Made by a program: the position numbers and the translations under genes
Notes under the pieces: model-generated
The model's database searches: none
What the model was told of the DNA's origin: nothing
Seen by the model: only the letters and a program-made list of their open reading frames with translations
Origin: Chiloscyllium plagiosum
Lineage: Eukaryota
Length of the DNA: 48,077 bases
Reading direction: 5' to 3'
NCBI RefSeq assembly: GCF_004010195.1
Contig: NC_057720.1
Span: forward strand, 15,404,196-15,452,272
Shown: piece after piece, positions 1 to 11,712 of the stretch
How the letters are laid out: each line of letters starts with the position of its first letter
Numbering within the stretch: position 1 is the stretch's first letter

Positions 1-62
1 GCGCTTTTCCAGCAACACATTTTCAGCTCTGATCTCCAGCATCTGTAGTCCTCACTTTCTCC
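1..62 (+). mobile_element. Penelope-like element terminal repeat fragment (family A)
   Basis: gcttttccagc..acac/at..ctccagcatctg.agtcctcactttctcc matches 25400-25461, and its 5' part matches the sense-strand end of the GIY-YIG-bearing copy at 32720-33310. Confidence 0.75.
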
Positions 63-637
63 ATTTTGAATGGTCAATCAAAACTTGACAAAATTACCTC
101 TAAAATTATTGTACCCAAAGAAAAATCCCAAAATTTTCCTTTGATAGATTAAATATCTACTAATGACAATTTAAATATCTTGAACTATTAAACAAAGCCT
201 TCTTATAGCTTCTATGTTTTCATATTTTGCAGGAAATCTTTTCTCCTTTATATTCTGGCTGTCTCCAATATCAATCACCTTTTAGTTTGCAGTGAGCTGT
301 CTAGTCACTGACAAGAACTATTTTTGCGAGACATGATCTTCCATAAATTGTTCAGTGAATTCCAGATATGCAAGGTTGTGGATGTTGACTTTTCCAGCAG
401 AGAAACTTTCTCAGCTTATTTTACTTTCTGCATCAGCAGTGCGCTATGGTCATCATGGATTCTTATCTTGAGCATGTTGTTCCCTCTTATTGACCTGTAT
501 TTATGCAGTTTCAGAGTTGCTTTTAAATAGACTTTAATACCTTTTGCTGACCAGCATAAAAATGACATCTAACTTGTCAATATCTCAAAAAAGATCTATG
601 TTGGGATTTGTTCATTCAACAATTACATCACTAATCC

Positions 638-983
638 TTAAAAATCACACAACACCAGGTTATAGTCCAACAGGTTTAATTGGAAGCACACTAGCTTTCG
701 GAGTGACGCTCCTTCATCAGGTGATTGTGGAGGGCTCGATCGTAACACAGAATTTATAGCAAAAGTTTACAGTGTGATGTAACTGAAATTATACATTGAA
801 AAATACCTTGATTGTTTATTGAGTCTTTCATCTGTTAGAATGACCATGATCGTTTCACTTCTTTCATATGTAAATCACAAAACATTTTTTTAGAAGTTAC
901 ATTCTCAGGTTAACTGTAACAATTGGTGTCAGCCAGAAAATATGTTGAAGGTGTTAGCCCCCTGTGTTCCATGTCTGTGCCAT
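638..983 (-). mobile_element. Penelope-like element 3' region (family B, TTAAAAATCACACAACACC end)
   Basis: Same terminal sequence at 23878, 31449 and 46600; contains a hammerhead core at 689-723. Confidence 0.7.
689..723 (-). ncRNA. Minimal type I hammerhead ribozyme motif, intact core
   Basis: Minus strand reads cac CUGAUGA a GGAG cguca CUCC GAAA gc UA gug: conserved core boxes, 4-bp helix II, 3-bp helix I, palindromic AGCU helix III. Confidence 0.7.
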
Positions 984-1280
984 GCATTTGTAAGAATGAT
1001 GGGTGGTTGAATGGACAGCAGGAATAACACACCAAGAAAATATTTCTACGCCATACTTAGGAGTTAGCTGACCTACGTATTTGCTGAGATGGTGCAAGAA
1101 AAAGGAAATGAGAAACAAGTGATTTATCGAAAAGGAACTGCTTTATCTGAGATTACACTCATTGAGATTTGCTTGAGATGTTGAGGAGCGCAAAGCATAT
1201 GGACTCAAGGAAAGGCTAGAGGTGAAAGCTATCTCAATGTGCTTGTTTCTAGCAACACAGGCATAGTGTCTGTCTAGATT

Positions 1281-1328
1281 AGATTGGTGCTGGATAAGAA
1301 CAGCAGGTCAGGCAGCATCTGAGGAGCT
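1281..1328 (-). mobile_element. Penelope-like terminal fragment (family A)
   Basis: ggtgctgga.aag.acagcaggtcaggcagcatctgaggagc, as at 47286-47327. Confidence 0.65.
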
Positions 1329-1886
1329 GTCTTCCTACTTATGTCAATGAAACAATGACAGTCAACAACGAATAGCAGATCACAATCCTGATGATTATTT
1401 GAGGTAATTCAGATGATCGTATGGATATCTAGCTCCTAAACAGCTGGTAGCACAAACAATTATAATTTAATTCTCTTCACCCACCAGTAGTTTAATTCCC
1501 ATTTCCCAGGCTTTAGGGAGTGCAGAGATAGACTCAATCGGCTCACTGTTGAATGTCTCATTGGATTTGGCTGAGAGACATGGCATGTGGGGCACATTCT
1601 GTTTTAAAATGAAGTCCAGAGTTAGGAATGATTATTAAAAAGAAACCCTTTGGTACATCAACCTTGTTAACCCTGATAACTTTTTAAATTGTGAAGTTGT
1701 GATGCTGTGAGTAATACAAGTCAGCGTGTCAATCACACCACCAGTCGGGCAAGCTGCAATCAATTGCAAAGTGCAGATTTATTTCTAATTTTGGTTGCAG
1801 TGTTCTTACAGCAGGAGTGAACCTGTCAGAAAATGCTAATTTCGTTACAGCATGGTCTGATGTGGCGAGTAGCTACATTCTGTGCT

Positions 1887-2672
1887 GTTTGCTTTTATTG
1901 GTCAGAGCACTGACTAAGGAGTTGGGACATCATGTTACTGCTCTACAACACACTGGTAAGGCCACATTTGGAGTGCTCTGTCCAATTCTGGTCACCCTGC
2001 TGTAGGAAGGATGTTATTAAACTGAAAAGGGTCAAAAAGGATTTACAAGGTTTGAGTTGTAAGGAGAGTCTGAATAGGCTGGGGTTTTTTTCCTTGGAGC
2101 ATTGGAGGCTGAGGGGTGGTCTTATAGAGGTTTATAAAATCATGATAGGCATAGAGAAGATGAACAGTTGAGGTCTTTTCCCTAGGGTAGGGGAGTCAAA
2201 AACTAGACGGCATAGGTTTAAGGTCAGAGGTAAAAGATTTAAAAGGAATTTGAGTGAATTAACTTCACAGATGTTGGTTTCCTGTCACCAAATCACAGTT
2301 TATTTGCGTGTGGACAGTCCTTGATACTGATCCAGCTCCCTCAAAGCCAGCTCTTAGAGTGAATAGAGCCTCTGACTTTCCTTTTATATCAGTCAGCCAG
2401 GGCTCCTTGATTGGATCAGGTTAACAGCATCAATCAGGGAACTCATATTCTGTGAGGCCCATCTGGTTGATCTTGTTCAATCACTACACTGAAGGTCAAC
2501 TTTTTCACACACAGGAAGTGGTAGAAACAGGTGCAATTACAACATTTAAAAGACATTTGGACAGGACAGGTTTAGAGGGGTATGGGCCAACTGCAGGCAA
2601 ATGGGACTTGTTCAGTTTAGGAATCATATTCAGCATGGACGAGTTGGGCAGAAGAGTCTTTGCTGCATGACC
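1887..2672 (+). mobile_element. CR1 LINE 3' fragment (HER1-like), split by a solo LTR at 2251-2488
   Basis: ORF 1932-2171 LYNTLVRPHLECSVQFWSP...RLGFFSLEHWRLRGGLIEVYKIM is the CR1 ORF2 C-terminus; the CR1 sequence resumes at 2489 and ends in a CR1 tail. Confidence 0.9.
2251..2488 (-). mobile_element. Short solo LTR-like insertion
   Basis: Interrupts the CR1; termini tgagtga...tcactaca; minus-strand AATAAA (tttatt ~2298), TATA-like tttatat ~2383, facing CCAAT-like boxes (tgattgg...caatcaggg). Confidence 0.65.
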
Positions 2673-3021
2673 CTACTGATGTCCAGACTGCAAAGGGACT
2701 CGGGTAAGCTGCGTTTGACAGGTCTGGGTGGGGATTGTAGGGAGGATAGTTCTATCCAGAAGCAAGCCTTTCCAAGCAACAGGAGCTAGGGCCTAAGCAA
2801 GTCCCTAAAGGAGATGATTTCTAGCTGGCTCTGTGACCTCATTTGACCAAACTTCCTCTAAAGCTCTGTCCATCCTCTCCCATAATTTGCATCTTTCCTT
2901 CTTTACCTTCTCTTCCGTCACTCCTCACTGCATCTCCGTGTACATCTTACCCAGGAAACCCCACCTGTTTCCTCGACTCAATTCTCTGTAAACAGCTGGC
3001 TGCCTGCCTTCCTCTCCTGGT

Positions 3022-3192
3022 TTAACGTTTTGCGTCCAGTGACTCTTCTTCACAGTGATAAGAGGAAGGGTCACTGGACTCGTAATATTAACTCTGCTTT
3101 CTTCCCAAAGGTACTGTCAGACCTGTTGAGTTTCTCCAGCAATTTATGTTTTTGTTTCAGATTTCCAACATCTCCAGTTGTTTTTATATTTT
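3022..3192. mobile_element. PLE-derived element (family C) with two opposed decayed hammerhead remnants
   Basis: gtccagtgactcttcttc (3033-3048) is inverted as gaggaagggtcactggac (3062-3079), followed by the family C arm ...gagtttctccagcaatt...cagatttcc. Confidence 0.7.
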
Positions 3193-3249
3193 TCTCCTGG
3201 TTTCTGGGATAGCTGATTTTGTAACAATTCTCTCTCCTGCGTTCCCCTT

Positions 3250-3345
3250 TCTCCTTCAAATCGATTGTTGTCACCCCTATACTTCAAAAAGGGACTCTTG
3301 ATCACTATATCTTTGCAAGCTACCATCCCATCCCCAAATCTCTAT
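3250..3345 (+). mobile_element. L2 LINE RT N-terminal fragment, decayed
   Basis: Translates FKSIVVTPILQKGTLDHYIFASYHPI, resembling the L2 motif FKxAxVTPxLKKxxLDxxxxxNYRPI. Confidence 0.55.
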
Positions 3346-4014
3346 TCAATGTCCTGGTGTTTCTGAGAATTTCCTCAAAATAGTTCAAACACCCTGGTTT
3401 TCACCTTCTCCCTTTTGTGTTGAATAGAAACTGGGCAGAATGGTGAGGAAAATCTGTGTGCAACGTTATCCTCCTTCTTATGTGCACTTGTCATATTGTA
3501 CATTTGCAGCTGATCTTCACCCCCTCTGCGCCCCTAAAAATAGGGATGCCAATCTGATTGGACATATTCCAGGAAATGCCATCACATGACTTCCCGCCCC
3601 AACTCCTCCTCCCCAGGTTCCTGCCATGGGTTGTCCAAATGTCAGTTATCATGGGGCCCACATTGCCATGGCAGTTCAAGGTGTCCCAGTTGTGACTTTG
3701 GAAATCAGATCACACGGAAGTCCTCGAATGTACCATCACTTCTTAAATCTATTCCTTTCTTTCCTGGAATGGTATTCATCCAGTCAGGGTTCTATCCTTG
3801 CTACAGTGCTGAACCAGCTCTTTGTAAGTCACCAGGGATGTCCTGTGTACCTGTGACAAAAGTAGGCTTTCCCTCCTTATTCTTCTTGAACTGTCTGCGG
3901 TCTTTGGCCTGGTTGCTCCCCCCCCTCCTTCCTCCTCCAAGACCTCTCTGCAACTGGATGTGGCTGGTCTCACCCAATCCCTTTAACAACCATAATTGCA
4001 GAGAATTGCCAGCC

Positions 4015-4470
4015 GTGGTTTCACTTCCTGATCTCACGCAGTTCCCTTAGGGGTCCTCCAAGGACCCCCTACTCCCTCCCTTTTACCATCTATATGCTAC
4101 TGCCTAGTTCCATCATCGGAAAACACCAGTTTGCGTTTCCACAATGCAGACGAACAACACTCAGCTCGACATTATTATCATCTCTCTCCACTATGCTGTC
4201 TGTAAATTGTCAGACTGATTGTCTCACATCCAGGATTGAGAGAACAGAGTTTGACTCCAATTAAATGTTGGGAAGACCAAAGTGACCACCTTTGATCCCT
4301 GCCCTAATCTCTGTTCCCTAGCTACCAGTCTCTCCTGGATGCCACTTCTCTCCTGAAAAGCTGTCTGGAGACATAAAAAACTTTTGTTCACAACTTTGGT
4401 GATGTATTTGACCTTGAATTGGTTATTGACCATGCACAGTAAGTCCTCATATTGTTTCATTAAAACCAAT
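4015..4470 (+). mobile_element. L2 LINE RT fragment, decayed
   Basis: Frameshifted remnants of GVPQGS-GPLLFTIYML, (Y)ADDTQL and KLSD..LQLNVGKT. Confidence 0.65.
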
Positions 4471-5367
4471 GTGAAAAGTATAGGTAGTTTCTGTACAATC
4501 AGAGATAGAGTAAAACATTATACTCTGCAAGTTGATATGCTTGACATTGCTAGTTGAAAACCCTTTATAAAACAAAATAAATTTAACAATATACTGTAAG
4601 AAATGGTAGTTCTGTATGTGTCTCCCATTTGCTTTTGTTCCTGTTCAGCCACACACCCATGCTCAGGTTGCTGTGGACCCTTCCTCTCACCAACTCTCCA
4701 CCTCACTACCTCTCTGACTCCCTAACCTCTTTCTGATCCTTCTTCTTACTGAGCCTGAAGCCCCCTAACTGCTGCCTACTGCTCCTCTCTCATGAATCCT
4801 TACTGTGAGGGAAGGAACTGGAGTTGGCACCTTTGGTGATGTAATTGCAGTGAGGACTTCAATCAGAGTAGCACTGCACCATTGGGACGCACACTTCCAT
4901 TAATCTGGAAACCCGGCTTTAGAACTTCTGTCCCTGTTCAAGGAAAGTTCCATATCCAGTTTCGATCTTTCCACTGGCTTCAGATTGAATTGCTAAAGAA
5001 CTTTTCCGGATGGTGAATCAGTTTTAGTGTAATGGTGACGGGGTGGAGGGTTGTGGAGAGACGGTGAGGAGCTAGGGGATGCCAGGAAGGTGTCAACATA
5101 GACACTGGTCTTCTGCATGGGATGAATTTGAGCAACAGAACGAGAATGTCAGAGTATCTCCCAAACCTGCACTCTGTAATCAACTGACTCAATGAATGTA
5201 TAGGCAGGACAGTGAGGATGCTCTCAGGATGTACCCACTTCTGGGGAATCTAGGACCAGGAAGCACAGTTTCCAAATAAGGGTTCTACCATTTATGACAG
5301 CTATGAGGAAGAATTTCTTGTCTCAGAAAGTCATTAACATTTGGAGTTCTCTTCCACGGGGAGGAGT

Positions 5368-5664
5368 GTGCGGTACGGTGGCTCAGTGGTTAGCACTGTT
5401 GCCTCACAGCACCAGAGACCTGGGTTCAATTCCCGCCTCAGGCCTTTGTGTGGAGTTTGCACATTCTCCCCGTGTCTGCATGGATTTCCTCCCACAGTCC
5501 AAAAATGTGCAGGTTAGGTGAATTGACCATGCTAAATTGTCCATAGTGTTAGGTGAAGGGGTAAATGTACGGGAATGGGTCTGGGTGGGTTGCGCTTCAG
5601 CGGGTCGGTGTGAACTTGTTGGGCTGAAGGGCCTGTTTCCATGCTATAAGTAATCTAATCTAAA
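5368..5664 (+). mobile_element. HE1 SINE (tRNA-derived V-SINE), near full length
   Basis: A box tggctcagtggtt, B box ggttcaattcc, V-domain tgtgtggagtttgcacattctccccgtgtctg, CR1-like tail gaagggcctgtttcc, taatct repeats. Confidence 0.92.
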
Positions 5665-5937
5665 AGTGCTGGGGACTTGGGTTCAATTCCAGCCACAGGT
5701 GACTGTCTGAATGGAGTTTGCATGTTCACTCCATTCCCGTGTGGGATTCCTCCCAGTGTCCAAAGCTGGATTGGCTGTGCTAATATTGTCTTTGGTGTCC
5801 AGAGATGTATAGGCTAGGTGGATTAGCCCTGGAAATTGTGGGGTTATAGAGGTAGGGATGTGGGTTGGATGCTCCCCAATGGGTTGGTGTAGACCTGCTG
5901 GGCCAAGTGGTCTCTTTCCACACTGTAGAGATTGTAT
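5665..5937 (+). mobile_element. Older HE1-like SINE lacking the A-box head
   Basis: B box gggttcaattcc, ggagtttgcatgttc, tail gggccaagtggtctctttccacactgtag. Confidence 0.8.
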
Positions 5938-6229
5938 CAGTCTGTGAATGGAGGTTAGGTCATTGAATATAATCAGACTGAGTGGGGGCAATGGATCAGA
6001 GTTCTCATCATGTCCCCTCGCAACATCCCCCCCCCCCGCCCAGCCTGCACAGGATATCACTAGCAATCCACATTCAACAAGTGTGCAATCCTAGTATCAC
6101 AGAATCAAAACATGTGTGAAAATTAGTCCTGTAGTTCCCCAGCTTCTTCAAACCCCATCACCATATAACCATTGACAAAACTACTGCTTAGCTGGGACTA
6201 TGCACACACTAAATAAAAACTGAGCTGGG

Positions 6230-6385
6230 TGGACTCTTGATTGTCAAGGATGTCAAGGATTGTGGAAGACAGGCAGGAAAGAAGAGTCAAGGCTACATCA
6301 GGTCAGCCGTGAATTGGGTAGAATGGTGGAGCAGGATTGAGGGACGGAATGGCCTACTTCTGCTTCCAGTTCTTGTGTTCTATTG
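6230..6385 (+). mobile_element. CR1 3' end
   Basis: gaatggtggagcagg..gaggg.cggaatggcctacttctgctt tail, similar to 13741-13806 and 26378-26435. Confidence 0.75.
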
Positions 6386-7396
6386 CAGTGCAGGGACAGT
6401 GATTCTGTTGGCAAGCTGCATGCCCCACCCATCTCTTCACCTGAGGAGAAATAACTAGCTTCAGCAGAACAAGAGCAGAAATTCCTTTCATTCCGTGTGG
6501 ATTTTGTTTGGCTGCTCGCTTTTCTGGATTTGAGCTTATCTGGCAAATACGAAAAGGGAGATAAATTACTTATAGTGCCACAAAAGCTGGCTTGTAGGAT
6601 TCAAACCTTCCTTTTTATCCTTTGTGTTGACAGCTGAATTATTCTAAACCACAGTCTATGTGTATTCATTCTGTAACACGAAAGCTGATTGTTTACATTT
6701 CCTAATATACGTTTGTCTGGGTGATGTTAGTCTAACTATTATATCCTTGTTATCATAGTGCAGCCCAATAATAAGACAGACAATGCAAGAACAATTATTT
6801 GATAAATCTGAAGACAATCACAATTAGCGCTTGCTTCAGGCCCCAAGAGTTGCTATTTTGGTCAGTTTGCCATTAACAGCAGTGTCAATGTTTCAGGATT
6901 GTTTGACATTAGATTCTGTCCTGTTTGAAGTAGCTGTAAAGATGATGGCATGGCCCCATAAGGGAAAAACCTGCAGCAATTTCACATTTTTTTGGTTGGG
7001 GGGGGGGGGGTGGGGGTAGGGTGATAATATTGGTGAGAAAGATCACACATGACACACAATAAAGATCCAGGTTTTTTTCTCATCTGTGAAGTTGAGGTTA
7101 TTTGCAAAATGTTCCCCATCACTGAAAGAAGACCCATGAAGATATATTGCCCCTCCACTAATTCCTTGAGAATCTCACCAGTATAATTTGTTCATGGATT
7201 GTCTGGTGGTGCTCTATTGGAAGCTATGACACAGTGGGAATCATATTGTCGGTGTCCTTCTATGTTGATATATCATTGAAATAATGTGATTAGATTAACT
7301 GTTGGCTGGACACATTGGGCCAAAGGGCCTATTTCCTTGTTGTAAACTTCTGTAACTCTAATGAACATCTCTGACCTCAGCATTTCTGGTTTCCAT

Positions 7397-7590
7397 CTTG
7401 ATTGATTGATGGATTGATTGCTGTCACATGTACCGAGATACAGTGAAAAGTGTTGTTTCCCGTCCTTGATAGGCAGATTCCATAGAAAGTACATCAGGGT
7501 AGCAGAACAGATTGCAGAGCTCTGTGTTACAGAGAAGGTGCAGAGAGAAAGATCAACCTTCACATTTGGAGGCCTGTTCAAATGTCTGCG
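7397..7590 (-). mobile_element. Rex1/Babar-type LINE 3' end
   Basis: Minus strand ends cttttcactgtatctcggtacatgtgacagcaatcaatccatcaatcaatcaa, a Rex1-like terminus with a (tcaa)n tail. Confidence 0.6.
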
Positions 7591-7783
7591 AGGTCTTCAA
7601 ACTTTCACGTACAATTATGTTTAAATTTAAATTACAATTCATTGTTGTTTTCTTCCAGGGATGTGGACTAGGCCAGTATTTATTCCCCACCCCTAACTGC
7701 CATTGAACTAAATAACGTCAAAATATACAAGGATAGTGCGGGAACATGATGTCAAGGTAACTGGTCAGACTTGAACTAGAATG

Positions 7784-8032
7784 AAACAGAACTGCAGATT
7801 CTGGAAATCTGAAGCAAACACAAGAAATTCTGCAGAAACTCAGCAGGTCTGGCAGTATCTGTGGAGAGAGAAACAGAGTTAATTTTTCGGGTTCAGTGTG
7901 ACTCACCTCTCAGAACCGTTTTACTAATTTACTAAGTTCAGAATTGTCACTGCACTTGAAATGTTAACTCAGTTTCTCTCTCTATAGATGCTGCCAGATC
8001 TGCTGAGTTTCTCCAGCAATTCTGTTTTTGTC
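7784..8032. mobile_element. PLE-derived fold-back element (family C) with a 9-bp TSD, inserted in a CR1 tail
   Basis: Inverted arms ~7822-7890 and ~7957-8030; actagaatg at both 7775-7783 and 8033-8041. Confidence 0.8.
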
Positions 8033-8107
8033 ACTAGAATGGCGAAGATGGCTTGAGTGACTGAGCAACCTCCTATTCCTGCTCTGGCTCTCTTCCTATG
8101 GCTGACT

Positions 8108-8471
8108 TAGAGTCATACAGCATTAGATGAAACCCTTCGGTCCAACTCATCTGTGCCGACTAGATATCCCAATCTGACCTAGTCCCATTTGCCAGCATTT
8201 TGCCCTATCCCTCTAAACCTTTCCTATTCATATACCCTCCAGATGCCTTTCCAATGTTGCAATTGTATCTACTTCCATCACTTTCTCTGGCAGCTCATTC
8301 CATACAAGCACCACCCTCTGTGTGAAAAAGGTACCCCTCAGGCCCTTATTAATTCTTTCCCCTCTCACCTTAAAACTATGCCCTCTAGTTTTGGACTCCC
8401 TACCCTGGGATAAAGACCTTGACTGTTCACCCTACCTATGCTCCTCATGATTTTATAAACTTCTATAAGGT
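8108..8471 (-). mobile_element. CR1 LINE 3' fragment
   Basis: Reverse complement of the CR1 3' end seen at 1932-2672 and 43425-43692. Confidence 0.9.
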
Positions 8472-8477
8472 CGTGCC

Positions 8478-8742
8478 AGAGTTAAGAGTCAACCACATTG
8501 CAGTGGATCTGGAGTCACATGTAGGCCAGGCCAGGTATGGATGGCAGATTTCCTTCCCTAAAGTGAAAAATTCACTTTTTTCAAAATAAAAATTGACGAT
8601 AGCTTTATCATTGAGACTGAGCTTTGAATTCCAGATGTTTTTAATTAATTGAATTTAAATTACAAGCAGCTGTGGGATTTGAACCTGAGACTATGAGGGC
8701 TGAGGCTCTGGATTACGAGTCCAGAGACACTATCCATCTCCC
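8478..8742 (-). mobile_element. tRNA-derived SINE, second family
   Basis: Reverse complement of 23318-23671: core acatgtgactccagatccac, B box ggttcaaatccc. Confidence 0.8.
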
Positions 8743-9651
8743 CTCACTCATTAGTTTGAACCTAAATACAGCAAAACGTTTGAATTAGCTTCCAAATAAA
8801 CAATAAGTGTTCTGCTGGTTGCCTGTATTCCCAGTTAGCACTCTGAACCGAATTAATTATGGTAATTGATTTAAAGGTAGCGACCTATTTAAAAAATGTA
8901 TTTCATTTCTTTTACCTTACAGGGAGAATTCAGCAGCCTTGTCAAATACTTTGTTTATTAGGTTTCTGAGGTGTGCATTGAACAGCAGATCCAGTCTGAC
9001 ATCCACAGCCAGTTCACAATCCAATAGTTTTTCATTCAGGTTGGATCAGGTTACAAGACTCAGAAACTGGTTTCTCTCTGATGGCCGCTAAAAGTCAATG
9101 GAGGAGACACAGAAGCATGGCCAGCGAGTCGCTGAACTTATTCAGATGGATGTTGACTTTGATATGTCACCCTTCTGATCTTTAATGGGAAACTGATGGA
9201 CTTGCCCTAGGGGTCAGCAATATGCATGGGCAGGGGGAAACCACAGTTTGCATTAGATTAGGCATAGCCTGAATTCACATTCAGCAGCTGACACACGCAC
9301 ACACAAACCAAAAAAATCAAATACCACCGTGTTGGTTTTTCTTTCAGTTTACTGTAGACGTTGGTGGGATGAGTTTAATTCAATAGCGGTGGGTGCTGGC
9401 TGCGTTATTGATCGAACAGATGAGTATTGTGTTCTCTCCTGTCAGCTGAGTTTCATACAACAAATTCAACTGGTGCTGGTGAAATGTGAACACTGTGTTG
9501 GCTCCAACTTCTGCATCCACAAATTGATGCTGCAAAGTTGTGAGTTATAGGTAACAACATATTGTAAACAAGAAGAAAATATTTATTGGAACAGCAGGGA
9601 ATTGTACAAGAAAGGACATATTTTCTATATCAACCTATCATTCCACACCCT

Positions 9652-10008
9652 GTGGAGGCTGAGGGGTGACCTCATAGAGGTTTATGAAATCTTTAGGGGC
9701 ATAGATAAGGTCAATAACGAGGGTGGGGTGGAGCTCAAAACTAGACGGCATATTTTTTAAGGTGAGAGGAGAAAGATTTAAAAAGGGTATGAGGGGAAAC
9801 TCGTTTACACAGAGAGTGATTCGTGTGTGGAATGAACTGTCAGGGGTAGTGGTAGATGCAGGTATAATTACAGCAATTAAATAAGTACATGAATAAGAAA
9901 GACTTGGAGGGAAATGGCCCAAATGCAGGCAAGTGAGACCAGTTTAGATTGGGAACATGATCAGCATGATAAGGACCAAAGGACTTGTCTCCATTGTGTA
10001 TGGCTCTA
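9652..10008 (+). mobile_element. CR1 LINE 3' fragment
   Basis: ggaggctgaggggtgacctcatagaggtttat...gtgtggaatgaactg...CR1 tail. Confidence 0.88.
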
Positions 10009-11712
10009 TGGGGAGGTGGGATTTGAACCACAGGTTTTTGGCTTTAGGGGTAGCAACACTATCACAATGCCACAAGAAAGGCAGTTACAAAGAAAGTAAG
10101 CAGGGTAGTGTTGCTTAGTTTACCTGATCGAATCAGTTTCACAGGCAAGACCCTCACCCAAGTCACTCGGCATATTTGCAGGCACTATTTTATTCTCTCA
10201 CAGTCAGATCTAGCCCTGGTTTCACGTTAAAGCTTTCATCTTCTCTTTGTTGAGTGTCTAGATTTGCCATCACCACCCCCCCCCCACCCCCACCTTCACG
10301 TCTGACAGTGGCTACGTTGCTGCCCTCTTCCCCTGCACCCAGCCTCTGTTCAGCATACATCAAAAGAGCCCTTATAGGACCCTTATGGTTTAAATCTTTA
10401 AAGTGGGAGTAACAGCCTCGGTAATTCTCAGACGCCCCCAACCTCCCCCCTCACATCGTACAGTCATGTCACTGCATGTTTCTGCAACAATTACCAGGGG
10501 AGGGAACGAGTCGAGTACATCAAGTAGCGTGTGTTGTCTCTCTGGGTTCCATGCTGGGGCTGTGATCAGGAGTTCAGGAAAATTCTGTTTGAAATGAGAA
10601 TAGACTAATTTTCATCAGATTCTCCTCGGAGAAGTCCCCTGTGTCCAAGCATGCCAAGGGTCATCATTAGAAAGCTCCCATCAAAAGATACAAGCCTTCT
10701 TGTGGCAATGCTTTACTCTTTGTTTAATTTAGCAATGTTAACAAATACATTTAGGAAGGATACACACAGACACCGCTACTGCTTCCAAACATACATTCAG
10801 CTTACTTTGAGAAATAAACACGAGGATTAAAAATGTTATTAAGACAGGGCAGAGAGCAATTTCTGATTTAAAATTCAGGAGTCTTCTAAGATCAAAGTGA
10901 GCTGAGTAACTCCCAGCTGTTCAAAGGCATATCCATAAAACAAATCAAATGTGACCACGAATAGACCCGATCTCATTAAGTGCTAAACTGGATGATGACA
11001 GGTGAAATTCGAGCCTGCTTAAAGACTAATTCTTGTTCTTCTCTTTCTTTCAGCTGTGTATTTGTTTTTTTTTGCCAAACCAATTTGTTTTCCAAAATTG
11101 AATACTACAGAGTCGGATGATTAACGGTCCAAATAATCAGCAGAATTGGGAGCCCGATTGTAGGCAGAGTTTACTGCTGTGTTGCATATCCCTTTTGCCA
11201 GTGATTTCTTTTTTAAAAAGGAATCTGAGACGAGGGAAGTTCTGAATGGTTTAAGATGAAGAATAAAAGGAAACAGTTTCTGTCTGCAGCTGTGTTGTTT
11301 TTGTAAGTGATCTACACTCACTTTGGGAAAACCGAATCACAGGGCCAGAGAGTGGATTAGAAAGGTTGTCTTTTATCTGAAAAATAAGGAGATTTCGTGA
11401 TCAGAGCGTTTTCTTAGCTCTGAAAGTTCTATAAAGTCTGCATTTTAGATTGGATTGGACTTTCTTGGAGTATGTTCAGAATTCCCTGCCCACTTCCCAA
11501 TTTCAAAATAGTTCCAGAGTCATGAGTGATGTTAGCCATACAAATTGAAAATTTACTTCACTCCCAGAAACTGCAATCATGTCTGGACATGATTTCTTAA
11601 GATGGCAGTGAAACAGTTTATTTTTAATTTTCAGGATAATTGTACAAATTGTTTCGTTTCTGTCCTTATTTGCATAGGTAATTATAGGATAAGTTATTGT
11701 CTAATGGATCAT

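Larger units (their letters stand above)
5225..5985 (+). mobile_element. Old CR1 fragment split by two SINEs
   Basis: MRKNFLSQKVINIWSSLP at 5303-5356; CR1-like sequence resumes at ~5940 (ggaggttaggtcattgaatata). Confidence 0.7.

Noticed and set aside
63..637. Possible decayed coding sequence on the minus strand
   Set aside because: All frames are interrupted by stops and no motif was recognised; BLASTX would be needed.
3541..3640. tagggatgccaa resembling a hAT-type terminal inverted repeat
   Set aside because: No matching opposite terminus or 8-bp TSD was found, so it is not called as a feature.
3586..4050. 154-aa Pro/Ser/Cys-rich ORF
   Set aside because: Low-complexity translation of pyrimidine-rich DNA lying between L2 fragments; no family motif.
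5368..5440. tRNA gene-like A/B boxes (also at 18074, 28432, 29480-29548, 23318)
   Set aside because: These are SINE heads: each continues into a SINE body and LINE-derived tail, and no complete cloverleaf was seen.
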